Below are positions 22,527 through 32,970 of a DNA stretch of 64,000 bases, piece by piece. The stretch comes from Candidatus Latescibacterota bacterium (GTDB lineage: Bacteria > Latescibacterota > UBA2968 > UBA8231), in contig OZ220090.1 in the NCBI GenBank assembly GCA_964291625.2, forward strand, positions 640,001 to 704,000. The letters run 5' to 3'. Within the stretch, counting starts at the first letter, position 1, and each line of letters begins with the position of its first letter. A program made the translations under genes and the position numbers. The notes below the pieces were generated by a model. That model was given only the letters and a program-made list of their open reading frames with translations. It made no database searches and had not been told where the DNA came from.

Positions 22527-24224
22527 ATGACCACGACGACAGCTGCACCGACGACCCACGGCAACGGGCACCACGGCGACGGGGAGGAGGAGAACTACCT
22601 CAACGCCCGGTACGGGATCGCCTCCTGGCTGCTGACCCTCGACCACAAGCGCATCGGTATCCTCTATCTCCTGGTGACGACCCTGTTCTTCATCGTCGGA
22701 GGCCTCTTCGCGGCGCTGATCCGCCTCGAGTTGCTGACGCCCCAGGGGGACGTCCTCGAGGCCGACACATACAACAAGATGTTCACCATGCACGGCGTGG
22801 CGATGATCTTCTTCTTTCTCATCCCTTCCGTGCCCGCCGTCCTCGGCAACTTCGTCATCCCCATCATGATCGGCGCCAAGGACGTCGCCTTCCCCAAGCT
22901 CAACCTGCTCAGTTGGTACTGCTACATCGTGGGCGGATCGCTGGCCACCCTGGCCATCATCATGGGCGGCATCGACACGGGCTGGACCTTCTACACGCCC
23001 TACAGCTCGACCTACGCCAGCGGCTACGTGGCCATCGCCCTCACCGGGGTGTTCATCAACGGCTTCTCATCGATCCTGACGGGGGTCAACTTCCTCACCA
23101 CCATACACAAGATGCGCGCCCCGGGCATGACCTGGTTCCGACTGCCCCTGTTCATCTGGGCCCAGTACGCCACGAGCCTGATCATGATCCTGGGCACGCC
23201 GGTCATTGCCATCACCCTGCTGCTGCTGGCGCTGGAACGGGTGCTCCAGATCGGCATCTTCGATCCCAGCCTCGGCGGCGACCCGATCCTCTTCCAGCAC
23301 CTGTTCTGGTTCTACTCGCATCCCGCCGTCTACATCATGATCGTGCCCGGCTTCGGCGTGATCAGCGAGGTCATCGCCTGCTTCTCCCGCAAGCGCGTCT
23401 TCGGATACAGTTTCGTCGCCTTCTCGAGCCTGGCCATCGCCGTCCTGGGCTTCCTGGTCTGGGGCCACCACATGTTCACCACGGGCCAGTCGATCTATGC
23501 GGGCATGGTGTTCTCCTTCATCACCTTCCTCATCGCCGTCCCCACGGCGGTGAAGATCTTCAACTGGACCGCCACCCTCTACCGCGGGTCGGTCTCCCTC
23601 GAGTCCCCCATGCTCTACAGCCTCGGATTCATAGGGCTCTTTCTCGTGGGCGGCCTCACGGGGCTCTTCCTGTCCACCCTGGCCACCGACATCCACCTGC
23701 ACGACACGTACTTCGTCGTCGCCCACTTCCACTACGTCATGGTGGGCGGCATGGTGATGGCCTACCTATCGGGGCTGCACTTCTGGTGGCCGAAGATTAC
23801 GGGCCGCATGTACTCCGAGGCTTGGGGCAAGGCGGGGGCGATCCTGATCTTCCTGGGATTCAACTTCACCTTCTTCCCCCAGTTCGTCCTCGGCTACCTG
23901 GGCATGCCCCGCCGCTACCACGTCTACCCCGAGGAGTTCCAGCTCCTCCACGTCTCGTCGACCATGGGGGCCACGGTCCTCGGGCTGGGCTACATGGCCC
24001 TCTTCATCTGCCTCATCTGGTCTCTCGTGCGGGGAGCCGAGGCGGGCCCGAACCCGTGGCGCGCCAAGGGCCTGGAGTGGGAGATCCCCTCGCCTCCGTC
24101 GCTGCACAACTTCCATTCCACGCCGGTGGTCACCAAGGAGGCCTACGCCTACGAGGAGGAGGACGTGACCCTGGCCGATGCCAGCCACGCGCCCGAGAGC
24201 GAGCCGGTGGCGGGATCCAGGTGA
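22527..24224 (+). CDS. coxA: Cytochrome c oxidase subunit I (A2-type)
   Basis: [20 protein letters not shown] (YS motif), WGHHMF, AHFHY, GMPRRY. Confidence 0.97.
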   Translation: MTTTTAAPTTHGNGHHGDGEEENYLNARYGIASWLLTLDHKRIGILYLLVTTLFFIVGGLFAALIRLELLTPQGDVLEADTYNKMFTMHGVAMIFFFLIPSVPAVLGNFVIPIMIGAKDVAFPKLNLLSWYCYIVGGSLATLAIIMGGIDTGWTFYTPYSSTYASGYVAIALTGVFINGFSSILTGVNFLTTIHKMRAPGMTWFRLPLFIWAQYATSLIMILGTPVIAITLLLLALERVLQIGIFDPSLGGDPILFQHLFWFYSHPAVYIMIVPGFGVISEVIACFSRKRVFGYSFVAFSSLAIAVLGFLVWGHHMFTTGQSIYAGMVFSFITFLIAVPTAVKIFNWTATLYRGSVSLESPMLYSLGFIGLFLVGGLTGLFLSTLATDIHLHDTYFVVAHFHYVMVGGMVMAYLSGLHFWWPKITGRMYSEAWGKAGAILIFLGFNFTFFPQFVLGYLGMPRRYHVYPEEFQLLHVSSTMGATVLGLGYMALFICLIWSLVRGAEAGPNPWRAKGLEWEIPSPPSLHNFHSTPVVTKEAYAYEEEDVTLADASHAPESEPVAGSR

Positions 24225-24231
24225 CCAGAGG

Positions 24232-24927
24232 ATGAACACGACCGCGCAGAACCCGGCTCTCCAGCACCAGTTCGACGACCTGAACCAGCAGTACGAGGCC
24301 GCGAACATGGGCATGTGGGCATTCCTCGCCCAGGAGATCATGTTCTTCGGGGGGATGTTCGCCGGGTACGCCGTCTACCGCTACGAGTACCTGGCGGCCT
24401 TCGTCGACGGCAGCAACCGCCTGCCCATCGAGTGGGGCGCCTTCAACACGGCGGTCCTCATCGCCAGTTCCTTCACGGTGGCCATGGCCGTGCGCGCTGC
24501 CCAGACGGGGCGCAGCCGAAGCCTGCAGAACTGGATCCTGGCAACCCTTGTCCTCGGCTCGATCTTCCTGGGAGTCAAGTACATCGAGTACTCCCACAAG
24601 TACCACGACGGACTGATCCCGGGCGCCAACTTCGGAATCTACCCGGATTCGGGTGAAGTCCACGAGCTGGGGGCCCTGAAACCCCAGCTGAAGATCTTCT
24701 TCTCCTTCTACTTCGCCATGACCGGCATGCACGCCCTGCACATGGTGATCGGCATCGGCATCATGCTGTGGCTGTTACCCAAGGTCCGGCGCGGCACCTA
24801 CTCGAGCGAGTACTTCAGTCCCATCGAGAACTTCGGTCTCTACTGGCACTTCGTGGACATCGTCTGGATCTTCCTCTTCCCCCTGCTCTACCTCATCGGA
24901 CGCGATCCCTGGATTCGCCTGCTATGA
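24232..24927 (+). CDS. coxC: Cytochrome c oxidase subunit III
   Basis: [42 protein letters not shown]. Confidence 0.95.
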   Translation: MNTTAQNPALQHQFDDLNQQYEAANMGMWAFLAQEIMFFGGMFAGYAVYRYEYLAAFVDGSNRLPIEWGAFNTAVLIASSFTVAMAVRAAQTGRSRSLQNWILATLVLGSIFLGVKYIEYSHKYHDGLIPGANFGIYPDSGEVHELGALKPQLKIFFSFYFAMTGMHALHMVIGIGIMLWLLPKVRRGTYSSEYFSPIENFGLYWHFVDIVWIFLFPLLYLIGRDPWIRLL

Positions 24928-25277
24928 GCGACCTCCAAGCCGGCCACCATCCTCCCGGAGGCGAGCACCACGTCCTGCCCGTCAGGACGTACGTGACCAT
25001 CGTCTCCCTCCTCTTCGTCTTCACCGTCATCACGGTGCTGGCGGCCTTCGTGGAGCTGGGCCCCCTGAATACCCCGGTGGCGCTGGCCATCGCCGTCTTC
25101 AAGGCCACTCTCGTGGTGTTGTTCTTCATGCATGTGCGCTACAACACGCCCCTCATGTGGGTCTTCGCCGCCGCCGGGTTCTTCTGGATGGTCATCATGT
25201 TCGCCCTCACCATGCAGGACTACGTCTCCCGCGATTGGGAAACGCCGCCGCCGGTGCACTTCCTCGATCTCCTGTAG
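24924..25277 (+). CDS. coxD: Cytochrome c oxidase subunit IV
   Basis: [18 protein letters not shown], three TM helices; ATGA overlap with coxC. Confidence 0.9.
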   Translation: MSDLQAGHHPPGGEHHVLPVRTYVTIVSLLFVFTVITVLAAFVELGPLNTPVALAIAVFKATLVVLFFMHVRYNTPLMWVFAAAGFFWMVIMFALTMQDYVSRDWETPPPVHFLDLL

Positions 25278-25295
25278 CAGAGGCTCGACGGCAAT

Positions 25296-25333
25296 AAGAA
25301 CGCCCTGCCCGGTCGACCGGACAGGGCGTTTTT
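25296..25333. terminator. Bidirectional intrinsic terminator between convergent units
   Basis: AACGCCCTG..CCGG-TCGA-CCGG..CAGGGCGTT flanked by A-rich and T-rich tracts. Confidence 0.85.
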
Positions 25334-25355
25334 CGTGCGTGGAGCGACTGCGGGC

Positions 25356-25757
25356 TCAGCTCTCCTCCCCTGACGGCTCGAGATCGAAGACCCCCGTCGA
25401 CCGGATCAGCACGAGGATCGCCGTGTGGGGGACGACGACGAATTTCTCGTTGTCGAACTTGATCTCCACCGCCTCCTTGCGCGCGTAGATGGCGTGATCC
25501 CCTTTCTGCGCCTGCAGGGGGATGAAGCGCATCTCCGCCTCCGAACCCGACTCCGCCCAAGGCACGTCGTCCTCGTCGCCCTTGGGCGGCAGGGGGATTC
25601 CGGGCCCCACCTCCTCGATGCGACCACTCTGCACGTTCTCCTTCTCCAGCGCCGTCGGGGGCAGGTAGAGCCCCACCTCGGTGCGCTGCTCCTGCTCATC
25701 GACGCGTACCAGCACGCGGTCGCCCACGACGAGCAACTCCTTGTCACCTCGCAGCAT
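25356..25757 (-). CDS. Orphan GroES-family co-chaperonin with insertion
   Basis: VGDRVLV, mobile loop [18 protein letters not shown]; about 20-aa acidic/Pro insert; no groEL adjacent. Confidence 0.85.
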   Translation of the reverse strand: MLRGDKELLVVGDRVLVRVDEQEQRTEVGLYLPPTALEKENVQSGRIEEVGPGIPLPPKGDEDDVPWAESGSEAEMRFIPLQAQKGDHAIYARKEAVEIKFDNEKFVVVPHTAILVLIRSTGVFDLEPSGEES

Positions 25758-25813
25758 GGCTCAGGCTGTCCTCGTTTGCGTCTCTCGTGGGCCGCCTCGG
25801 GGCGGTCAACGGA

Positions 25814-25842
25814 ATATTACGGGTACGGGGGAAGCCCCTCAA
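25814..25842 (-). promoter_or_regulatory. Promoter for the groES-like gene
   Basis: TTGAGG-17 nt-TAATAT. Confidence 0.5.
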
Positions 25843-26582
25843 TGCCCGGAGCCGCCATCCGCCGCCGCCGCGGCGCCGATGATCCCCGCCTCGTTGCGTA
25901 GCCGGGCGGGTACGATCTCGCAGTCGACGGTCAGGTGGGGCAGGAACTTCTCGTGCCTCTTGCTCACGCCGCCGCCGATGATGATCAGTTCCGGCCACAG
26001 GTAGAAGGCCACCCTCTGCAGATAGGCGTCGACGCGGGAGGCCCACCGTTGCCAGCTCAGTTTTCGGCGGGTGCGAACCCTCGCCGAGGTTCGCTTTTCG
26101 GCGGCCTTGCCGTCCATCTCGATGTGGCCGAACTCGGTGTTGGGGACCAGCCGGCCGTCGGTGAAGAGGGCCGAGCCGATCCCGGTGCCGATGGTGAGAA
26201 CCAGGACGACGCCCGAGCGCCCCCGCCCCGCCCCGAAGCGCATCTCCGCCATGCCCGCCGCGTCGGCATCGTTGAGGACCGAGAAGGGGCATCCCGTGGC
26301 CGCCCCGAAGATGGCCTCCGCGTTCCTGCCGATCCACGAGTCGTCGATATTCGCCGCCGTGCACACCTGTCCCTGGCGGACGACGGCGGGGAACCCCGCC
26401 CCCACCGGGCCCTTCCAGTCGAAGTGCTCCACGATCCGGACCACGCCCTCCGCCACGGTCTCGGGCGTGGCGGGCCGGGGGGTCCTCACCCGGAAACGCT
26501 CGCCGAGGAGCTCTCCCCCCGACCCGTCGACCAGGGCGCCCTTGATGCCGGTGCCTCCGATGTCGATACCGAGTACGGCCAC
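25839..26582 (-). CDS. ppgK: Polyphosphate glucokinase (ROK family)
   Basis: [54 protein letters not shown]. Confidence 0.9.
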   Translation of the reverse strand: MAVLGIDIGGTGIKGALVDGSGGELLGERFRVRTPRPATPETVAEGVVRIVEHFDWKGPVGAGFPAVVRQGQVCTAANIDDSWIGRNAEAIFGAATGCPFSVLNDADAAGMAEMRFGAGRGRSGVVLVLTIGTGIGSALFTDGRLVPNTEFGHIEMDGKAAEKRTSARVRTRRKLSWQRWASRVDAYLQRVAFYLWPELIIIGGGVSKRHEKFLPHLTVDCEIVPARLRNEAGIIGAAAAADGGSGH

Positions 26583-26592
26583 GGCGCAAAGA

Positions 26593-27687
26593 CTACATCG
26601 GCATGTAGTCGAGATCGAGGACCCGCTCCACGAGCCAGCCGATGCCGAAGAGGAGGATAACCGCGGAGAGGCCCCGCACGATGCGGACGTGGCCAGGACG
26701 GCGGGCGGACCACAGGATGAGGGGAAGAAGGAGGGCCACGATCGCCACCTGTCCCACCTCGACGCCGACGTTGAAAGCCAGCAGGGAGGTCACCAGCCCC
26801 CGGGAGGGCAGACCGAGGTCGCGCAGCACGTTGGCGAAGCCGAAGCCGTGTACGAAGCCGAAGAAGAAGGTCAGAATCCAGCGGTGGTCGGGGCGGCGGA
26901 GCCAGAAATTCTCGGCCGCCACGTAGGCGATGCTCAGGGCGATCCCCGACTCGACGAGGCGCGAGGGCAGACTCACCCACTCCAGGGCCGCCAGGATCAA
27001 GGTGACGCTGTGGGCCACGGTGAAGGCGGTGACGATCTTCACGAGGGTCCCGAGCCGCGACCCCACCACGATCAGGGCAAGGAGGAACAGTACGTGGTCG
27101 TAGCCGAGGAAGATGTGCTCCACGCCGAGGACGAGGAAGCGCGCCGCCTGCGCCCAGAGGCTCTCGCGCTCCCAGGCGGACAGGCCGATCCGGTGGACCG
27201 GCTCACCCGCGGAGAGGACGGCGGCCTCCACCGGCTGGCCGGGGACCTGGATGCGGAGCAGGATGCGATGGTCCTCGGAGAGAGGGGCAAGGTAGCGGGA
27301 GAGGTCGAGTTCCAAACGGTCGGCCCTCGCGGGGGTCTCCGCCCGGGCCCTGAACCGTGCGACGAGATCGCCCTCGCTGTCGAGATCGGGCTCCACCGTC
27401 GCCTGGCGAAGCTCCAGGCCCGCGCCGGCGGCCCTCAGGGAGATCCTCTTCCGGAGGGTATCGGCGGCCTCGGAGGCGCCATCGAGCATCTCCTGCGCCC
27501 ATAGGGTCTGATCGCCGTTGCGGTCCAGGCTGGGTACCAGGCTGCGCAGGTCGAGGTCGTTGAGGGTGACGGAGAGCCGAAGGCTGTCGTCGCCGACGCT
27601 CACCAGCGTATAGCTCCGGTTGATCTCGTGAGCGCCGGCAACGCCGGCACCGAGACAAAGGGCGAGTATCACTCCACAGCGCAGCAT
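26593..27687 (-). CDS. HupE/UreJ-family membrane protein with periplasmic N-domain
   Basis: Signal peptide then H-E; [45 protein letters not shown]. Confidence 0.9.
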   Translation of the reverse strand: MLRCGVILALCLGAGVAGAHEINRSYTLVSVGDDSLRLSVTLNDLDLRSLVPSLDRNGDQTLWAQEMLDGASEAADTLRKRISLRAAGAGLELRQATVEPDLDSEGDLVARFRARAETPARADRLELDLSRYLAPLSEDHRILLRIQVPGQPVEAAVLSAGEPVHRIGLSAWERESLWAQAARFLVLGVEHIFLGYDHVLFLLALIVVGSRLGTLVKIVTAFTVAHSVTLILAALEWVSLPSRLVESGIALSIAYVAAENFWLRRPDHRWILTFFFGFVHGFGFANVLRDLGLPSRGLVTSLLAFNVGVEVGQVAIVALLLPLILWSARRPGHVRIVRGLSAVILLFGIGWLVERVLDLDYMPM

Positions 27688-27698
27688 CTATCTCCCTC

Positions 27699-28292
27699 TC
27701 ACAGGAGCCGGCGGATCACGCCGGCCATCTTCTCGACGCCGTCCTGGTCCGAGAACAGAAAACGCACCACCCCCTCGCCATCGATCAGATAGGTACGGGA
27801 GGTGTGGCCCATCTCGCCGTCGGCGTCCGGTCCGAAGCCGGCGCCGTACTGACGGGCCACCGCCGCCACCGTCTCCGGGGTCCCGGTCAGACCGGTGAGG
27901 CGGTACGGGTAGCCGGCGCAGTACTCGGCCAGGGCCTCGGGTGTATCGTGCTCGGGGTCGACGCTCACGAGGAGCACCTCCACCGCCGGCGCCGGCAGAC
28001 GCCGGACCACCTCGCCCAGCTTGGACAGAGTCGTCGGGCAGGTGGCGGCGCAGCGGGTGAAACCGAAGAACAGCAGCAGCGGCCGTCCGCGCCGGTGCGA
28101 GAGGGTGAAGGCCTCCCCCCTCTGATCGACGAGCTCGAAATCGCCCCCCAGCTCGTAGCGGTCCAGGGACGCCGGCTCACCTCCCGGGGGCACCTCTCCG
28201 GAGCCTCCGCATCCCGCGGCGGCCAGGAGGGCCGCGGCCCAGGCCGCACACCGAGGGCGGCGCCGCCCCGCCAGCCAGGAGGACCGGCTCAC
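27699..28292 (-). CDS. Second SCO-family lipoprotein
   Basis: Lipobox AAGC, FFGFTRCAATCP, SVDPEHDT, GHTSRTYLID; GTGA overlap with the cytochrome c stop. Confidence 0.9.
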   Translation of the reverse strand: MSRSSWLAGRRRPRCAAWAAALLAAAGCGGSGEVPPGGEPASLDRYELGGDFELVDQRGEAFTLSHRRGRPLLLFFGFTRCAATCPTTLSKLGEVVRRLPAPAVEVLLVSVDPEHDTPEALAEYCAGYPYRLTGLTGTPETVAAVARQYGAGFGPDADGEMGHTSRTYLIDGEGVVRFLFSDQDGVEKMAGVIRRLL

Positions 28293-28705
28293 TCCGCCGG
28301 CTCCAGGAGGGAGTGGATGTAGAGGGCCAGGCTTCGGCGGTCCTCCCGGGACAAGTGGCCGTAGGCCGGCATGTTCCGCCCGACCCCCTCCTGTATGGAC
28401 GCTTCGATCCGCTCCACCTCGTGCCCCTGACGGTAGAGACGGGAATCGTGCAGATCCCTGGGCGGCGGCTCCTGGCTCGCCGCCAGACGGCCGTCGCCCC
28501 GGCCTTCCGGTCCGTGGCACAGGGCGCATCCGTGGCGCTCGTACAGCTGCCGCCCCCGGCGCACCTCCTCGCTCCCGGCGGCCTCGCGAGAGGGGCGGTT
28601 GCCCGCCTCCTCCGACCCCTTCCCCTCACAGCCCAGGGCCAGTCCCGACCACACCAGGACGGCCGCCAGCCAGGAGCCGGGGGGAGCCTCAGATGCGCGT
28701 GCCAT
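28289..28705 (-). CDS. Monoheme cytochrome c lipoprotein
   Basis: Lipobox ALGC, CALCHG..GRGDG, PPRD, MPAY; start approximate. Confidence 0.85.
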   Translation of the reverse strand: MARASEAPPGSWLAAVLVWSGLALGCEGKGSEEAGNRPSREAAGSEEVRRGRQLYERHGCALCHGPEGRGDGRLAASQEPPPRDLHDSRLYRQGHEVERIEASIQEGVGRNMPAYGHLSREDRRSLALYIHSLLEPAE

Positions 28706-29954
28706 TGGGGATGACGGCGTCCTTGGGCACCACCACGATGCCTTCACGGATGACGTGCCCGTCGCCATCCGCTTCCTGGATGCGCGCGTCGTTGCTGATG
28801 ATGACGCCCTCGCCGATGCGCGCGTTCTTGTCGACGATGGCGTGGTGGATGACGCTGCCGGAGCCGATGCCGACATCGGGCAACCCCCGGGCGCGATTGC
28901 GCTCGCAGTCCTCGCGGGTCTCGTAGTAGTCGGCTCCCATGACCACCGACTGGAAGATGCGGGCACCGGCCCCGACCTGGCTGCGCACGCCGATGACGGA
29001 CTGCTCGACCTCGGCTTCGCGGAGGGCGCAGCCCTCCCCGACGATGACGCGGTCCATGCGGCAGTCGTCGATGCGGGAGCCGGCCAGGAACCGCTGGTGG
29101 GTGAAGATCGGCGCGTCGGGCCGGTGGAACTGGAAGACGGGCTCATGGTCGGTGAGGCGGATGTTGGCCCGGTAGAAGGCGGAGATCGTCCCGATGTCCT
29201 CCCAGTACCCGTCGAAGGCATGGGCGAAGACGTTGAGCTTCTCGATCGCCGCCGGGATCAGGTGGCGGCCGAAGTCGTCCTCCTCGACGCCGAGGAGCAG
29301 ACTGGTCAGCACCTGGGGCTCGAAGAGGTAGATCCCCATGGAGGCGAGGAAGCGCGCTTCCGGGTCGGCGCCGGGAGCCTCCGGCAGCTCCAGCTCGTCG
29401 AGCTCGGCCTCCGTCTGCGGCTTCTCGCGGAAAGCGACGATGCGGGAGCGCTCGTCCACCTGCAGGATCCCCAGGGAGGAGGCCTCCTCGCGGCGCACCG
29501 GCTTCACGGCGATCGACACATCCGCCGCGCGCCGGCGGTGGTCGTCGACGAAGGCGCGGTAGTCCATGCGGTAGAGGTGGTCGCCGGAGAGGATCAGTAC
29601 CTCGTGGCCATGACGGGCCTGGATGCGCCGCAGTTGCTTGCGGACGGCGTCGGCCGTGCCCTGGTACCAGTCCGTCTCCTCCATGGTCTGCTCCGCCGCG
29701 AGGATCTCGACGAAGCCGCCGAAGAAACTGTCGAAGCGGTAGGTGGCGCTCACGTGGCGGTTGAGGGAAGCGGAGTTGAACTGGGTGAGGACGAAGATCT
29801 TGTCGATGCCGGAGTGGATGCAGTTGCTGATGGGGATGTCGATGAGCCGGTACTTGCCGCCGATGGGCACGGCGGGCTTGGAGCGGTAGCGGGTGAGCGG
29901 GTAGAGGCGCGCGCCCCGTCCCCCGCCCAGGATCACGCCGATGACGTTGCGCAT
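28689..29954 (-). CDS. glgC: Glucose-1-phosphate adenylyltransferase
   Basis: LGGGRGARLYPLT..RSKPAVPIGGKYRLIDI, WYQGTADAV, SGDHLYRMDY, YWEDIGT, MGADYY. Confidence 0.96.
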   Translation of the reverse strand: MRNVIGVILGGGRGARLYPLTRYRSKPAVPIGGKYRLIDIPISNCIHSGIDKIFVLTQFNSASLNRHVSATYRFDSFFGGFVEILAAEQTMEETDWYQGTADAVRKQLRRIQARHGHEVLILSGDHLYRMDYRAFVDDHRRRAADVSIAVKPVRREEASSLGILQVDERSRIVAFREKPQTEAELDELELPEAPGADPEARFLASMGIYLFEPQVLTSLLLGVEEDDFGRHLIPAAIEKLNVFAHAFDGYWEDIGTISAFYRANIRLTDHEPVFQFHRPDAPIFTHQRFLAGSRIDDCRMDRVIVGEGCALREAEVEQSVIGVRSQVGAGARIFQSVVMGADYYETREDCERNRARGLPDVGIGSGSVIHHAIVDKNARIGEGVIISNDARIQEADGDGHVIREGIVVVPKDAVIPNGTRI

Positions 29955-30167
29955 ACCGGTCCTGCTCCCGCTGCGATATCCCCGGGGCGGGCGACCTGCC
30001 TGGCGCCCTGAAGAGAATCAGCGCGCCAGGCATCCACCGCTGGTGCGCCCTGTGAATGGAGAACGACTAAGCTGTTCCAGCCCGCGGGTTTCCGCAAGTT
30101 GCGGGCAGCCCTCCGGCCCGGCGCGCGCTACCCGGCGGGGACCGGCAGCGCGGTAGGGCGGCCGAGG

Positions 30168-31221
30168 CTAGGCGGCCCAGCGCAGGAGCAGCCCCGCCAC
30201 GCCGAAGTAGATGACCAGGGAGAGGATGTCGTTGAGGGTGGTGATCAGGGGGCCGGAGGCGACGGCGGGATCGATGCCCGTGGCCCGGAAGGAGAGGGGG
30301 ATGACAGCGCCGATCCCCGCCGACAGCAGGACCGCAACGAACATGGCGAAACCGGCGCAGGGAGCCACCGGTGAGCCATCGGTCCACAGGTGCGCCACCA
30401 TGAAGACGATGCTCCCCAGCAGCAGGCCGATGCCCGCGCCGGCGGCGAGCTCCCGCCACAAGGCAGGGCCCACCCGGCCCCGGGGCAGGGTCCCCGTGGC
30501 CAGGGCCCGGACGGTGGCCGTCGATGTCTGGATCCCTGAGTTCCCGCCCATGGCCATGATGGCCGGCACGAACAGCACCAGCGGGCTCAAGGACGCCAGC
30601 ACCCCGAGAACAGGTCGAGAACGGCGCCTGTCAGCAGGGTTCCGGCCAGGCAGAGCAGCAGCCACGGCAGGCGCCGCCGAACGACGCCGAGAACCGAGGG
30701 ATCCTCCATCTCCCGGGAACTGGTGGCCGCCATCTTGAGGTTGTCCTCGGTGGCCTCCTCGTGGATGACGTCGACGATGTCGTCCACCGTCACCTGTCCG
30801 ACCAGCTCGTCGTGCTCGTCCACCACGGGCAGGGCCAGCAGGTCGTAGTCGGCCAAGATGGCGGCGATTTCCTCCTGGTCCATGTCAGCCCGCACCGTCA
30901 TCGGTTCCCGGTCGGCCAGTTGTTCCATCGTCGCCTCGCGGTTGGCCAGCAGCATGCGGCGCAGGGAGACGGTGCCCACGAGGCGGTGTTCCTCGTCGAC
31001 GACGAAGACGGTGAGGATCTCCTCTTCCTCCGCCCAGGCGCGCAGGAGATCGACGGCCCGTATACGGTGACCTCCCGGGGCACAGCTACCAGCCGGGAGG
31101 TCATGATGCCGCCCCCCGTGTCCTCCGGGTGCTCCATCAGGTCCTGAAGCTCGGCAGCGTCCTCGGGGGGCAGGAGGGCCAGGACTTCCTCGCTTCGGTC
31201 CTCGGGCAGAGTACCGGCCAT
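30168..31221 (-). pseudogene. mgtE: Magnesium transporter MgtE, 5'-truncated with two frameshifts
   Basis: PEDTGGGIMT in the first frame; CBS pair, VTVDDIVDV and RRLPWL in the second; AMGGNSGIQ and GIDPAVASGPLITTLND in the third; shifts near 31057 and 30603; most of the N-domain absent. Confidence 0.85.
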
Positions 31222-31303
31222 TGCCGCTGCCAGGCCCCGCTTCTACACTGTGGCGCACCGGAACCGGGGCCGTGATGGAGCGTCCTCGACGGAGATCGGA
31301 AGC

Positions 31304-32047
31304 ATGGCGGCAGGGAGGCTGGAAGGCCGGACGACGCTGGTCACCGGCGGCGCCCGCGGGATCGGACGGGCGATCTGCGAGCGCTTCGCCGCCGAGGGGG
31401 CGCGGGTGGCCGTGGCCGACATCGACGAGGCCGGGGTCCGACGAGCCGCCGAGGAGGTTGGCGCCGGTTCCATGGCCCTGGCCGCGGACGTGGCCGACCC
31501 GGTGTCCTGTCACCGCGCCGTGCGGCAGGCGATCGAGGCCCTCGGCACCCTCGACGTGCTGGTGAACAACGCCGGGTACCTGCGCCACACCACCGCCTTC
31601 GACTGCACCGAGGACGACTGGGACCGGATGATGGACATCAACCTGAAGGGCTCCTTCTTCTGTTCCCAGGCAGCCCTGCCCCACATGCGCGACCGCCGAC
31701 AGGGGGCCATCCTCAACCTCTCCTCCCTGGCCGCCAAGACCGGAGGGGTAGCCGCGGCGCCTCCCTACGGGGCCGCCAAGGCCGGGGTCAGCGCCCTCAC
31801 CTTGCACCTGGCCAGGGTGATGGCCCCGTACGGGGTCCGGGTGAACGCACTGGCTCCCGGCATCATCGACACCGACATGACGCGAAACCCCTCCGGCGGG
31901 CACGCCGAGCTGGCCAGGCGGATCCCCCTCGGCTCCAAGGGCCGCGCCGAGGACGTGGCCAATCTGGCCCTCTTCCTGGCCTCCGACGAGGCCAGTCACA
32001 TCACCGGGGAGATCGTCGACATCAACGGCGGACTATGGATGGACTAG
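31304..32047 (+). CDS. Short-chain dehydrogenase/reductase (FabG-like)
   Basis: TGGARGIG, NNAG, YGAAK, APGIIDT. Confidence 0.93.
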   Translation: MAAGRLEGRTTLVTGGARGIGRAICERFAAEGARVAVADIDEAGVRRAAEEVGAGSMALAADVADPVSCHRAVRQAIEALGTLDVLVNNAGYLRHTTAFDCTEDDWDRMMDINLKGSFFCSQAALPHMRDRRQGAILNLSSLAAKTGGVAAAPPYGAAKAGVSALTLHLARVMAPYGVRVNALAPGIIDTDMTRNPSGGHAELARRIPLGSKGRAEDVANLALFLASDEASHITGEIVDINGGLWMD

Positions 32048-32048
32048 G

Positions 32049-32969
32049 ATGAAGGGAATCGTGCTGGCAGGCGGACACGGCACTCGTCTGGTGCCGCTCA
32101 CACAGGTGGTGTGCAAGCAGCTGCTGCCGGTCTACGACAAGCCCATGATCTGCTATCCCCTGTCGATCCTGATGCTCGGCGGGATCCGCCGGATCTGCAT
32201 CATCTCCACGCCGAGGGACCTGCCGATCATCCGCGGCTTCCTCGGCGACGGGCGGAACCTCGGCGTGGAGTTCACTTACGTGGAGCAGGCCCGGCCCGAG
32301 GGCATCGCCCAGGCCTTTCTGCTGGCCGAGGAGTTCATCGGCGGCGACCCGGTGACCCTGATCCTGGGAGACAACGTGTTCTACGGGGACTTCTTCCAGG
32401 GCGAGGACGGCTTCGCGCGGGCCGTGCGAGACTTCGAGCGAGGGGGGCTGATCTTCGGCTACTACCTCGGCGACCCCCGGGACTTCGGCGTCCTCGAGTT
32501 CGACGCCGCCGGCCGGGCCGTGGGCATCGAGGAGAAACCCCTCGAGCCGAAGTCGAACTATGCAGTCCCGGGCCTGTACGCCTACGACGCCGGGGTGGTC
32601 GAGGTGGTCCGCGGACTGCAGCCGTCGGCGCGGGGAGAGCTGGAGATCACCGACGTCAACCGCACCTACCTGGAGCGCGGCGACCTGCGTGTCGAGCGGT
32701 TGGGACGGGGGATCGCCTGGCTCGACACCGGCACGCCCGGGAGCCTGCAGGCGGCCAGCAGCTTCGTCGAGGCCATCGAGATGCGCCAGGGGCTGAAGAT
32801 CGCCTGCCTCGAGGAGATCGCCTTCGACCAAGGCTTCGTCGACCACGCCGGGTTCGAGGCCCTGATCGCGGGCTTCCCCAGCCCCCCCTCCGAGTGCGAC
32901 TACCGGGAGTACCTCGAGATGGTGCTGGCCCAGAAGGACGCGGCCCCCGGGGCCAAGGGTCCGCCTTGA
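32049..32969 (+). CDS. rfbA: Glucose-1-phosphate thymidylyltransferase
   Basis: GIVLAGGHGTRL, KQLLPVYDKPM, LGDN, RGELEITD, WLDTGT. Confidence 0.94.
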   Translation: MKGIVLAGGHGTRLVPLTQVVCKQLLPVYDKPMICYPLSILMLGGIRRICIISTPRDLPIIRGFLGDGRNLGVEFTYVEQARPEGIAQAFLLAEEFIGGDPVTLILGDNVFYGDFFQGEDGFARAVRDFERGGLIFGYYLGDPRDFGVLEFDAAGRAVGIEEKPLEPKSNYAVPGLYAYDAGVVEVVRGLQPSARGELEITDVNRTYLERGDLRVERLGRGIAWLDTGTPGSLQAASSFVEAIEMRQGLKIACLEEIAFDQGFVDHAGFEALIAGFPSPPSECDYREYLEMVLAQKDAAPGAKGPP

Positions 32970-32970
32970 C

